DNA of 64,000 nucleotides from Patescibacteria group bacterium (GCA_049322955.1 JBMOPU010000012.1:408150-472149); one strand, 5' to 3'. Positions 47,897-57,598 are shown, numbered from the stretch's first letter. The notes: a model not told the origin generated them from the letters alone. Numbers and translations are program-made.

Positions 47897-50115
47897 TTGA
47901 GTCGCTCCCGGAAATCCGTGTCATTGGGGTCAATATTGGTGAGATATTCCGTAAGTACGGCGGCCGCTTCTTTGGGTTTTTTCTCTTCGGTGTAAAACAC
48001 CCACAAGGCATAATAGACGTCGCGATAATTGGGTTTCAGCTCCTTGGCTTTCATAAGGGCTTGTATTGCCTCGTCATTTTTCCCCTCCCGACCCAGAAGG
48101 ATCGCGAGATTGTAGTAAATCTTCGGATCGTTGGGGGATAATGCGGTTGCCTGATGCAGGGATTCGATGGCCTTCCCGTTAAATGCGGCTTCAAGTGCGG
48201 AAATGGTATAAAACACCTTTGTACGGGTCTTATAAAAATTGACGTTATTGGGAGACGTCCGCAGTGCCGTATCGCTTTCGGCAACGGCAAGGGTGGCAAG
48301 TTGTGCCGCCTGGGTGGCATTTCTACCTTCAAACGCCGCAACGGCAAGGGTTGCGTAGGTACCTGCTAACTCGTCGTGATACGACGGCTCATTGTAATTG
48401 ACGCGCAACGCGTTGATCAGCGCGGGGACCGCCTGTCCGTAAAGACCCGATCGAACAAGCCGATATCCTTGCGCATATTGCATGTCGGCGTACCAAAATG
48501 TGCCGATACGCACTACGGTGAGAGCGCCCAGGATCCCCACCACATAGGTGCTCCAGTGCGGAAGCGAAAGCGGTCGGGTAAATGTGTTGCGTGGCGTCGG
48601 GTGCACGGCAAGCAGTAGCGCGGGAAAAAGGAAAAAGAACAGCTGGATGACGACCACGGAAAATCCGAAAAAGTTGGTGATAAGAATGGTCAGCCAGCCC
48701 GCAAAGAGTGCAAGGTGTATGGTCGGGAGTTCATTGCTTAGTACGGTCATGTCATGTTTTTTGCCATGAGCCGCAGACCATGAAAGACGTGCATTTTTCA
48801 CAAACCACCCTATGACCATGCCGATAAACAAAAGATAACTCCCGAGGCCGAATAATCCCGTCGTGGCGAGATAATTCAAGTATTCGTTATGCGCCTTGTT
48901 GTAGAGGAAATCCCATTCGGATGTGAGGTTGTGGCCCGCCGGCCGAAACTGGTAAAACGCGAACGCGAATGTCTCCGTACCCGTGCCGATCAGCATGGTT
49001 TTTAGGGTACTTTTCCATGCGTTTATGGCACCCTGCCATACATATTTACGGATCGTACCCGATTCCGTGCCTCCCACCTCAAGCGCGGGACCCGCGAGTT
49101 CTGCGGCGGGAGTGGCGACTTGTGTCGGTTGCTGTTTGGCCGTCATCCCGGCGATCCGATCACGAATGCCCGAAAGACTGACAAATTTATCTACGGCAGG
49201 GGTACCCGTGCCGTTAAAAAACACGATCAGCGCAAAAAGAATATGGAGGATGGCAAACGGTTTGGTAAGGGGATGGCTTTTGAACGCCGCGATACTCCGA
49301 AGTCCGAACGACACAAACAAGGATCCCCAAAACAACATATCTATCACCACAAACCCCAAAAGACCCGAACGACTTCGGGTAAAAAGCAGGACGACAAAAA
49401 ACAACAGAGACAGCATCGACCCGATTACTGTTCCCGGCCAGGCGATTTTTTCACGAAAAAGTGATCGTATGAAGAGTGCCATGGGAAGGGGGATGAGCGC
49501 GATAAGATAGGCCGCCAACCAATTCGGTTGTCCCAAAGTTGAAAATACTCGGTTTTGCACGTCTTGTACCCACAAATGCTTATCGATGCCGAGTCGTTCA
49601 AGCACGCCGTAGAGGGCAACCGCCGCTCCGGTAACGAGTGACAGAGAGAGCAATCGAGGTACGACGACAAACCCCGCTTTGGCAAGGTCCACAGCCACCT
49701 GTTTTGCCCCTTTTGCAGGTGCGGCGGGAGGCGGTGCAAATGCATCGAGATTTGAGAGGAATCCGTAATAGAGCAAAAGGTAGGAAAATACCGACCACAT
49801 ACCCCCGTTAAACCTGCTGTAGTACCCGAGCCAGGAAACATGCGAATCGATGGAAAAAAGCGCACTGACAAGCTGTGAGGCGGCAAAGAGGATAAGGGGG
49901 ATATCAAACGGCGTTTTTGCTATTTTGAGTTCCTTACGAGCTATGGATTTTATGATCCACGAAGTAACGATAATCGATGTGACGATATACACCGCCATCA
50001 TCTTGTTGTACTCGAAGAGTTCGTAATTCCACGGGGTAAGAAGCAGGGGAACAAGGCCGAACAGTACGTAAAAGCCCCCTCGAATCAATCGGTTGCACCA
50101 GGCGATAATTCCCAT
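47893..50115 (-). CDS. O-antigen ligase-family membrane protein with C-terminal TPR
   Basis: STLGQPNWLA, TRSRSG, GTG.ETF, AHNEYL; TPR helices. Confidence 0.88.
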   Translation of the reverse strand: MGIIAWCNRLIRGGFYVLFGLVPLLLTPWNYELFEYNKMMAVYIVTSIIVTSWIIKSIARKELKIAKTPFDIPLILFAASQLVSALFSIDSHVSWLGYYSRFNGGMWSVFSYLLLYYGFLSNLDAFAPPPAAPAKGAKQVAVDLAKAGFVVVPRLLSLSLVTGAAVALYGVLERLGIDKHLWVQDVQNRVFSTLGQPNWLAAYLIALIPLPMALFIRSLFREKIAWPGTVIGSMLSLLFFVVLLFTRSRSGLLGFVVIDMLFWGSLFVSFGLRSIAAFKSHPLTKPFAILHILFALIVFFNGTGTPAVDKFVSLSGIRDRIAGMTAKQQPTQVATPAAELAGPALEVGGTESGTIRKYVWQGAINAWKSTLKTMLIGTGTETFAFAFYQFRPAGHNLTSEWDFLYNKAHNEYLNYLATTGLFGLGSYLLFIGMVIGWFVKNARLSWSAAHGKKHDMTVLSNELPTIHLALFAGWLTILITNFFGFSVVVIQLFFFLFPALLLAVHPTPRNTFTRPLSLPHWSTYVVGILGALTVVRIGTFWYADMQYAQGYRLVRSGLYGQAVPALINALRVNYNEPSYHDELAGTYATLAVAAFEGRNATQAAQLATLAVAESDTALRTSPNNVNFYKTRTKVFYTISALEAAFNGKAIESLHQATALSPNDPKIYYNLAILLGREGKNDEAIQALMKAKELKPNYRDVYYALWVFYTEEKKPKEAAAVLTEYLTNIDPNDTDFRERLK

Positions 50116-50171
50116 ACGGGGTAGTATAACATTTTTGCGCGGATCGGTGGATTCAGGTAAAATCAGCTCCT

Positions 50172-50477
50172 ATGGCAAAAGAGAGAGGCAAGAATAGAAC
50201 CCGACCGTTTGATGAGACTTCTGCCGTGACGACGCGGGTACGGGGGTATGAGGCAATGGTGGATGTCGTCAATTGCACCGCACGACTTCCGAGCGGAGAA
50301 ATCGTAAATTTATCAGGGCGGGAGATGCAAATTGCGGGGCTAATTAACCGATTCGGAGATTCTCCGAGCAGACTAAGCGTTACGATTACCGAGACAACCG
50401 GTGAGCAGGTGAGCGGGAACCTAATCAGCGTAACGCTCAAAAATCTTCTTAAAAAGCTCGGTAGGCAGGATGCATAG
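50172..50477 (+). CDS. Stand-alone OmpR/PhoB-type winged-helix protein (putative)
   Basis: VNLSGREMQI..L...NLISVTLKNLLKKL resembles Trans_reg_C; no receiver domain. Confidence 0.5.
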   Translation: MAKERGKNRTRPFDETSAVTTRVRGYEAMVDVVNCTARLPSGEIVNLSGREMQIAGLINRFGDSPSRLSVTITETTGEQVSGNLISVTLKNLLKKLGRQDA

Positions 50478-50552
50478 GCTCTTGAAGCGAACTCCACATG
50501 TGTCCTCTTGAGGCTAATTTCTTGAGGAAGTACGTGTTGTGAGCTATTCCAC

Positions 50553-50581
50553 TTGACCTGAAGAGTAAATTGTTATAGGAT
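50553..50581 (+). promoter_or_regulatory. Sigma70 promoter at the head of the long structured leader
   Basis: TTGACC-17 nt-TAGGAT. Confidence 0.55.
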
Positions 50582-50586
50582 ACTCA

Positions 50587-51430
50587 TCCTGTCCAAAAGA
50601 TCCTCTGCCGAGGATTGTTCTGTCCATGCAAAGTCAATACACGCCGTTCTTTCACTGTCCTGCCGGCGGATCCGCGCAATCGCGGAAGAAAAAGCCCTTA
50701 AGTGGGTCTTTTTGCGTTGTTTGAAAAGAGGAATTGAGGTTGGTGTTGTGTGCCCGTTGGACAGGCGGGCGCACAACTCTGGCCTCATAAAGACCAGACG
50801 TTTTCTTTTCCCGTCAAAAGCGGGACGGAGAGAATGTGAAATAGTTCGTGCCCTGCTATGGCTTGGCAATCCTCAATTGCGAGGGTGTTGCCGGGTTTGT
50901 CAGGGTGCACCTTAACAAGTGAATGAAGGAAAGAAGAGAAAAGAGTAAAAGGTGAATGGTGTTACAACAGAGAACGAAGATACACCGGGTGATACATTAT
51001 AGGTCACATGGGACACCTTCAAGGACACGGGAACCGAGACACGAACGCTTGCCTACGGAAGGATATCTGTATGCTTACTGGATAATAGGCTAAGGGAACG
51101 ATCGTCGTATCGTTCTTTTTGTCTATTATCCAGGGGGATAAAAAAAGAAAGAAAATTGAATAGTACGTAGATCCGTTAGAGGATCAATACATGATAAGGG
51201 GATGTTCCACATGTAAGGGGGCAATAACCAAAAATCAGAAATTTGAGAGAAAGAATCATGCAAAACAGTGTAGTTTATACATTATGCATCGAAGACAAAA
51301 ACCGTTCATAACCTCTCATTATGAACCGTCCGCCGGCAACGGTGGATGCAAGTCCTTACCCGTTACGGGTTAGGCAACAGATAAATCATCAGGCGCTTTA
51401 TACGGCCTGTTGAAAATCCATTTTAGAGGA
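50587..51430 (+). ncRNA. Long hairpin-dense non-coding leader or large ncRNA (unassigned)
   Basis: No convincing ORF; hairpins at 50689-50713, 50736-50786, 50848-50908, 51078-51133 and a cluster at ~51300-51410. Confidence 0.45.
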
Positions 51431-51440
51431 GACCATTGCA

Positions 51441-51599
51441 ATGGCCACCAAGAACAAAGCACACAGTCAGACCGATATTCGTAAAATTCTTGAAGAAGAA
51501 GACGACGAAAGGGAGTATGACCGCGTGCCTAAGAAAAAGAAGAAAAAGAAAGAAGAGAAGGAAGAAGAGAAGAAAGAGGAGGAGAAGAAAGAGAACTAG
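51441..51599 (+). CDS. 52-aa highly charged Lys/Glu peptide (not in the ORF track)
   Basis: AGAGGAGA RBS; MATKNKAHSQTDIRKILEEEDDEREYDRVPKKKKKKKEEKEEEKKEEEKKEN. Confidence 0.6.
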   Translation: MATKNKAHSQTDIRKILEEEDDEREYDRVPKKKKKKKEEKEEEKKEEEKKEN

Positions 51600-51964
51600 A
51601 ATCAGCAATGGCTAAATTCAGTCAAGTGCAGGGGGCACTTGACTCTTCGCTCTATTTCCAGATTCAACCGTGACCGGTTGCGTCTGTTACTTCCGGGGCA
51701 CTGACCGTGTACCCACACCATGCGGAAATTCGTCCGTATGGGCACCAAACAGAAAGGAGTGCAGATATAGCAGGTATCTGAAGCGATCTTGTTATACGCA
51801 CGACAACGGAGGGAAGATCAATTTCCTGAGTATGTCATTATCACTCTGAAACTTAGCTTCGGGCTAGGTCACAGAATCGTCAGGGTGATGTCATCATTGA
51901 CAGAAATAGGAAGCGGATCAACCTAATTCAACAGATTGATTTGTAAAGAAACGGAAGGTGTATC

Positions 51965-52339
51965 ATGTCAGACGATAAAAAACCCGTCACTCCCGCTCCG
52001 ACAGGCGGCACGATGCAGACCATCATGAGCGGACTCAGTTCGTTTCTCGGCGGTCTCGGACATCAGCCGGTCAAGAAAGCGGTCATCAAAGACCCGATTA
52101 TGTCCGTGGTTAAGACGTTTCTCGGCGGCATGGCGATGAGCAAAGCCGACACGACCATCGAAGTCGAGATGAACACGGATGCTCAAAACTTCACCGCCGA
52201 AGGTGACAAACTCGCCGCTCAACTGGAAGCAGAAGCGCTGGGTGAAGCCAGTAAAATTGAAGCCACCGGGAAAGCCGATGCGTACCGCATATTGGCGGAA
52301 CACGGACATGCGGCTGAAGAAGAGCACAAGAAACAGTAA
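51965..52339 (+). CDS. Hypothetical protein with two amphipathic helices and a flotillin-like AE coiled tail
   Basis: GGAAGGTG RBS; SFLGGLG/TFLGGMA repeat; EAEALGEA..IEA.GKADA. Confidence 0.7.
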   Translation: MSDDKKPVTPAPTGGTMQTIMSGLSSFLGGLGHQPVKKAVIKDPIMSVVKTFLGGMAMSKADTTIEVEMNTDAQNFTAEGDKLAAQLEAEALGEASKIEATGKADAYRILAEHGHAAEEEHKKQ

Positions 52340-52350
52340 GGAGACTCATC

Positions 52351-53118
52351 ATGACCGCATCCGCATCGAGACAACAAGCGGTCGGAAGTTTCGGCTTCTG
52401 GCTTGCAGTTCCTGCGGCGGTAAGCTTTTTCATCGGATGGTTGTTGCACGAGTTTGTGTCCGAAAAATTGAGCATCGTGGGAATGGCGGCGCTTGTCTAT
52501 GCCGTTTTCACGCTCGTCGTCATGAGCCGGAACCAAAGCAAGGTCGTTCGGGGAGCATTGCTCCTTGTCAACCTTGCCGTATTTCTGGCGTTCGGATACT
52601 TTCAGGGTGTTGCGTTGTTGCCGTTGACCTGGCCATCGTGGACGCGATGGATTGGCCTAGTCATTGCGGCATTGCTGTGGTTAAGTGTCGTGATTTCGAT
52701 GATGTACCGTCTGGGCAGACAAGCTCAGTCAAACCATAATCGCGATGAAACACCGCATAGCACAACGCATGCAACCGACGGAGGCGACCCCGCCTTATCA
52801 GCACAGGTCACGGAGCGATTGATTGCCGCCCTCAAGCTCACCAGCTCCAAGGGCGACGTGACCGTCAATACCGGCGAGATTATTCAAGAGCTCGCCGAGT
52901 GGTCGAAGCGAACGGGCGTTGAAGCGGCCGCAAAGATGTCTGAAAGCATCATGCGCGCTGTGGAGATGAAACTCTACGGTCCCGAAGACCTCCCGTTCGT
53001 AAAGAAAGTTCTGCGCAAGCTCCAAGGCGTGCCAGACGTTCCCGAAGCGCATCGCGAAGATAACGAGGAAGACTGGCTTGATGAAGATGAGCCTATTCGC
53101 GGGCGCTCGGTATTTTAG
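52351..53118 (+). CDS. Four-TM membrane protein with cytoplasmic C-terminal domain
   Basis: AAGGAG RBS; four hydrophobic helices. Confidence 0.8.
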   Translation: MTASASRQQAVGSFGFWLAVPAAVSFFIGWLLHEFVSEKLSIVGMAALVYAVFTLVVMSRNQSKVVRGALLLVNLAVFLAFGYFQGVALLPLTWPSWTRWIGLVIAALLWLSVVISMMYRLGRQAQSNHNRDETPHSTTHATDGGDPALSAQVTERLIAALKLTSSKGDVTVNTGEIIQELAEWSKRTGVEAAAKMSESIMRAVEMKLYGPEDLPFVKKVLRKLQGVPDVPEAHREDNEEDWLDEDEPIRGRSVF

Positions 53119-53132
53119 GCAAGGAGGATGCC

Positions 53133-54014
53133 ATGTCCGTTGATACGAGGCGAACCGTGACACTCATTACCACCATTCTATGGTTTGTGATGAGCGTTGT
53201 GTACACGGTGACGCTTTATTTCGTTGCAGGACCGAAGCCCGAATATGACAACAGGGGGTCATTCTGGTTCATGTTGATTGTCGGGCTGTTCATCGTCTAC
53301 GCGCTCATGTTTCCCCGAAACTGGGCATACGTACCAAACAAGTATCGGGGCGTTGTGTTCCGGTTAGGGCAGGCGGTTCAGACACTGCATGGTGAAGGGG
53401 TGATCCATGTATTCTGGCCCATCGAATCTGTCCGGCGGGTTGCAACGTTTGACCTCAAGCGCACTCGGGTGTTTGTCATTCCTGTCGCAGGGGATACACC
53501 ACAGGACATTCGGGTGAAGGTCTTGCGTATCATTCGGTTCTCTAACCCGATTTTGACTCTGCAATCCGTGCCGGACAAGGATCCCGAGATTGAAGCCGAT
53601 GACATCATCGAAGCGCACGTGCGACAGGCATTCCAAAACCACACGTTAAATGACGTCATTCAGCCCGGAGCGACCGCGAACATTGACGCATCCATTGCCG
53701 CAACAATCTCCGGGGATGAAACACTCGCCGCGTGGGGGGTAACCGTGCTTCGCGTCAAATTACTTGACATCAAGTACCCCAAACCGGTGACGGACGCTGC
53801 CTCAGATATTCTGCGTGCCCGTGGACATGCGGCGGCTGAGGAAATCGAAGCGCAGGGTCGTCGTGAGGCGATTAACAAAATCGGCGAAACCATGTACACC
53901 AAGCTGGAGTGGTTCCAAGCGCTCAAGGAAAGCAAGATCACAACCCTCATCGGCGGTGGTCTGAAAGATTTATTCTTTGACGTGCAGGAATTTCTCGGCG
54001 GAAAGGGTAAGTGA
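53133..54014 (+). CDS. SPFH/Band-7 domain protein
   Basis: Two TMs, then VP..YRGVVFRLG....GEG.....P.E, WGVTV.RV...DI..P, AE-rich tail. Confidence 0.9.
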   Translation: MSVDTRRTVTLITTILWFVMSVVYTVTLYFVAGPKPEYDNRGSFWFMLIVGLFIVYALMFPRNWAYVPNKYRGVVFRLGQAVQTLHGEGVIHVFWPIESVRRVATFDLKRTRVFVIPVAGDTPQDIRVKVLRIIRFSNPILTLQSVPDKDPEIEADDIIEAHVRQAFQNHTLNDVIQPGATANIDASIAATISGDETLAAWGVTVLRVKLLDIKYPKPVTDAASDILRARGHAAAEEIEAQGRREAINKIGETMYTKLEWFQALKESKITTLIGGGLKDLFFDVQEFLGGKGK

Positions 54015-54562
54015 ACGAAATGAATCTTCACGATTTGACCGACCCCGTCTTTCTGCTCGGGTATCTCGCGCAGATGGGGAAAGAGTTTCTGAAGTATCTG
54101 CTCAAGCTCTGGGCGCTTTTGGTTTTTGTTCTGGCGCTCGTGCTTTCCGCCCTGCCGGGTTTCGGCCCGTCGCTCTGGGTGGTGTCGGCTTCTCCGCAAG
54201 CTGACCGTCTCGTTCAAATCCTCACGATACTCTACACCGCGTGGACGTTCATCTACACGGGGTTCCTACAGCGTGAGGCGAATTACTCGGTGCCGACCAA
54301 AAATGAGAGCGTGCTTGTCGTGGACACAAACAAGAACGTGTTGTCCTACGCGGCAGGCGGCATTGTCTGGCTGACGTTCATTAGCATCCAGGCATTCATC
54401 GGACAACCGGCAACGGCATTCATGGCTATCTGTGCATTTGTTCAGCTGATGCCAATCTTTTTGGGCGACAGCTTTCGTGAACAGGCAGAAAACCTGATGC
54501 CGTTGTTGGGGAACGTTACGCTACTCGTCCTCGCCCTGTATGTGGTGGGCATCGGACCCTAG
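54011..54562 (+). CDS. Multi-TM membrane protein
   Basis: About five hydrophobic segments; overlaps the SPFH stop codon. Confidence 0.75.
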   Translation: MNEMNLHDLTDPVFLLGYLAQMGKEFLKYLLKLWALLVFVLALVLSALPGFGPSLWVVSASPQADRLVQILTILYTAWTFIYTGFLQREANYSVPTKNESVLVVDTNKNVLSYAAGGIVWLTFISIQAFIGQPATAFMAICAFVQLMPIFLGDSFREQAENLMPLLGNVTLLVLALYVVGIGP

Positions 54563-54576
54563 AAAAGGAGCGTGAG

Positions 54577-55419
54577 ATGGTGAAACGTCTCATCAGATTA
54601 CTTCTCATCCTCGTAGCGGGGATGATAGTTGCAAGCTGTGGAACAACGCCAACGCCCGTAAGCGACGTGGAAGTGCAGATGACGGCAATGGCGGCTCAGG
54701 TGCAGGCATGTGCAACACTACAAAGCCTGGGAACGCCGTATCCGTGCAATCCGCCGACGTCAACACCGACGCCTATCCCGCCGACTCCAACCCCGACGGC
54801 AACACCGTTCACGGGATGGATGCAATATCCGGAGTCCGGCGGGGCAACACCGATGCCACCCGGGTATGAACCCAACTGCGGCGGCGCGGTCGGCTGTCCC
54901 GGAAATTCCTACACCTACTTCGTTAACGGTGTGCCGCAGAACGGTACTCCGGGCGCGACGACGGGAACACCCGGGTATTGGCCGTATGTGCTTGTCGGGG
55001 TGCCGTTAGGAATCGGTATCTTGGCGCTATTGTTCTTCTCAGCTTACGGCATGGCGGCACCGCAACGTGCAATTGCCAAAGCGACGCTGATGATGGCCGC
55101 GGCGTATGCCAAAACCATGGAACAGGTGCAGACTGCCCCGGCATTGGGCTCCGGTGCTCCCGATGCGGGTAACATGGGCATACCCATTGAGTTTCTCGGG
55201 AAATGTCTCATGTCTTTCTCAAGGGAGCATGAAGTACCCGCGGATTTCAAACAGCACGTCGTATCCCAGCTTCGCACGTACCGTCGTGGGGACCTTGTCC
55301 CGTTGGTGACGATTCAACAACTGCTTCTCGGGTACGATCGAGAGCATAAGACAGAGCTCGCGCGTCCGTTCGGAGAATACATATCCGTGCATGCGCACGA
55401 GCTTGCAGGAGGCATGTAG
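54577..55419 (+). CDS. Putative lipoprotein with Pro/Thr linker, internal TM and cytoplasmic domain
   Basis: AAGGAG RBS; lipobox-like VASC; PTPTP linker. Confidence 0.75.
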   Translation: MVKRLIRLLLILVAGMIVASCGTTPTPVSDVEVQMTAMAAQVQACATLQSLGTPYPCNPPTSTPTPIPPTPTPTATPFTGWMQYPESGGATPMPPGYEPNCGGAVGCPGNSYTYFVNGVPQNGTPGATTGTPGYWPYVLVGVPLGIGILALLFFSAYGMAAPQRAIAKATLMMAAAYAKTMEQVQTAPALGSGAPDAGNMGIPIEFLGKCLMSFSREHEVPADFKQHVVSQLRTYRRGDLVPLVTIQQLLLGYDREHKTELARPFGEYISVHAHELAGGM

Positions 55420-55420
55420 C

Positions 55421-56086
55421 ATGGGTAAATATATCGCACTTCTGGGGGTCATCGCGCTCATCTTTTTCGCTGGTTCCGCCGCGGCACGTACTGCCAAGGT
55501 AGATTTGTCGGCAGGACCGAATGCGGAAGGGAACAGAGCGGTGCTTGAGGCGCAAGCGGAATACCAGAATGCGCAGACCGACGCCGAGCGGCAAATGGCA
55601 GAGTTCAAGCTGAATGAAGCCAAGGAACAGGCAGAAGGCAAGCGACAAGCGGCTATCGCCCGGGCAAACATGTGGCAGAAAGCACTGATGTTCGGCGGGT
55701 CGTTCTTCCTTGTATGGACGCTCTTGTTCGGCGCGATAAACATCATGGCGGCGTTCGGTATCTGGAACTATCGGGTGCTTACCAAAGCGAACCCGGTGCG
55801 GAACGGACAGCATGTCATGTGGAATATGCCGGTGTTCCCGTTCATGCTTATCCATACGGACGACTATGCGCCATCGTATACCGGTATGATCATGCCTGGC
55901 AAACGCGCAGAAATCAACGCGCATCCGCAGATCGCTGTCTTTTCGCTCGCCCGCATGTTGGGAGCTGATACAAAAGGTCAAGAGCGACTGGGCACTCTCG
56001 TTATGATAACGAAGCAACTAGGCCACCTGTTAAACGGTGACCCAATCCAGCGTACCGAGATAATGCCTTATGACGATAAGCGATAA
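55421..56086 (+). CDS. Membrane protein with coiled coil between two hydrophobic segments
   Basis: ATG 55421 after AGGAGG; EAQAE..AE..AKEQAEG coiled segment. Confidence 0.75.
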   Translation: MGKYIALLGVIALIFFAGSAAARTAKVDLSAGPNAEGNRAVLEAQAEYQNAQTDAERQMAEFKLNEAKEQAEGKRQAAIARANMWQKALMFGGSFFLVWTLLFGAINIMAAFGIWNYRVLTKANPVRNGQHVMWNMPVFPFMLIHTDDYAPSYTGMIMPGKRAEINAHPQIAVFSLARMLGADTKGQERLGTLVMITKQLGHLLNGDPIQRTEIMPYDDKR

Positions 56087-56370
56087 GAGAGGTGCACCAT
56101 GTACCCTCTCTCTGCGTGCAGTCTGTGGCGCAATGTCGGTAATCCTTCATTCACTAAAACCAAATACCGCGCTACGGCGGCCGTCCTTCACCAAGGAAAC
56201 GGCCGCCGACGCGGAAGTTCTCGCCGAATAGCCGGCACCATACCTTCGACCCGCGAAAGTGGGAAGAGAAGATTGGTGCCGGCAGGCGGGGATTGCAGGG
56301 AAAGAGAGTTGTGGCTTCCGCCACTTTATCAGCTCACGCTGAACTCTCTTTCCCATTCCTTCCAGTTTTT
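56087..56370 (+). other. Structured 3' trailer with several strong hairpins (likely includes the terminator)
   Basis: CGGCGGCCGT/ACGGCCGCCG 56175-56208; GCCGGCACCA/TGGTGCCGGC 56231-56283; GGGAAAGAGAGTT/AACTCTCTTTCCC 56298-56354. Confidence 0.65.
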
Positions 56371-56617
56371 GAGTATTCAAAAATTGAAATGAATGTTGTA
56401 AATATAAATATTTCATAAGGTCATGCCGTATCGGATCAATTGTTTTTTATAAATCCGAAATATGTCTTTTTACTGATCTTTTCTATGATGAAAGTGATGG
56501 TTGCCGATTTATCTGTAGGAATATGAAAGAGATACGTATCAAATGCCGTACACCGGATCGATTATCTGAAACAAAAGCTTGTATATCCATTGCACGAATA
56601 TACTCCAATAACACTCC

Positions 56618-56917
56618 ATGAAAGAACTGCTAACGACAATTTGTCGGACTATTGTTGTGCATGGTATCTCCCGCTACGGTGTGCTGGGAGAACGTGAGAT
56701 AGTTACCATAACCGCGTTGCCGAGGAGGGGTGTCTATTCGTCCCTGATAGGGAGATCTGACATTCGTACGGAGCCGACTCCCGATATTACCCAGGGGTTG
56801 TTTGTTGTGGAGTCAAAGAAGAGGGGCAGATATACTCTGCAAAATGAAACGACGGGAGTGGTACTTTCCAACGTGCCAAGAAGAAGCATACGTAAAATTC
56901 TCGAGTGGGAAGAATGA
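56618..56917 (+). CDS. Hypothetical protein
   Basis: TATACT upstream of ATG; 99 aa. Confidence 0.5.
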   Translation: MKELLTTICRTIVVHGISRYGVLGEREIVTITALPRRGVYSSLIGRSDIRTEPTPDITQGLFVVESKKRGRYTLQNETTGVVLSNVPRRSIRKILEWEE

Positions 56918-56998
56918 TCTTTGTACACCCCTCTCATACTTTGCACAAGTGAAAGAATCGGTTGATGTGTATACCGAAAAAAATTAGTATGTGCTTAT

Positions 56999-57214
56999 AT
57001 GAGTTTTCCCGAAGTACATTGGCGGGATAGGTTAAAAGTTATTGATTTTGAAGTGATACGCGCGCAAATCGCAAGGAAACTTGGAATCAAATGCCATGAG
57101 GTATCTGAAGTTGATGTGCGCCTTCAGATGGAAGAAATTTATGCACGGGATCACGAAGACGCAAAACGCGCACATCCTGAAGATTTTCGACCGCAACGAA
57201 CAGCAACACAATAG
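56999..57214 (+). CDS. Small hypothetical protein
   Basis: 71-aa ATG ORF. Confidence 0.5.
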   Translation: MSFPEVHWRDRLKVIDFEVIRAQIARKLGIKCHEVSEVDVRLQMEEIYARDHEDAKRAHPEDFRPQRTATQ

Positions 57215-57259
57215 ACCCCTATCCAATCATTTTTTAGATTGTGAGTGTTTTCCGGCATT

Positions 57260-57288
57260 TTGCCTTTTTGAAGGAAAAAACCTATAAT
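57260..57288 (+). promoter_or_regulatory. Sigma70 promoter followed by a ~300-nt structured leader
   Basis: TTGCCT-17 nt-TATAAT. Confidence 0.55.
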
Positions 57289-57598
57289 TCTAAGCTCCAA
57301 GACAGGGGAAACCGACATGTTTTGCTGTCGCAATTTCCCCGTTCTGGAAGCTCTTTAACCACGCCATATCTTACCGTTCGCCTACGCCCGCTCAGCGGGG
57401 ACATGGCTTATGGTGCGATTATCGGCGGGTTACGGTGCAAAATAGCACCTTAACATCTCTCGGGATACACCTTTCTTTGTTCGGATAGCCGAAAATTTCC
57501 CCGTATCCCTGGGCATATCGTGCCCGGAGCTACGGGGAAATGAATTGAAGAAATTATCCAAACTCAGACTCACTCAGAAAGAAAGGTAATAGGTAAAA

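Noticed and set aside
51965-56086. Filamentous prophage (inovirus) or secretion system
   Set aside because: No Zot/pI ATPase, Rep protein, Walker motifs or pilin signatures in these ORFs.
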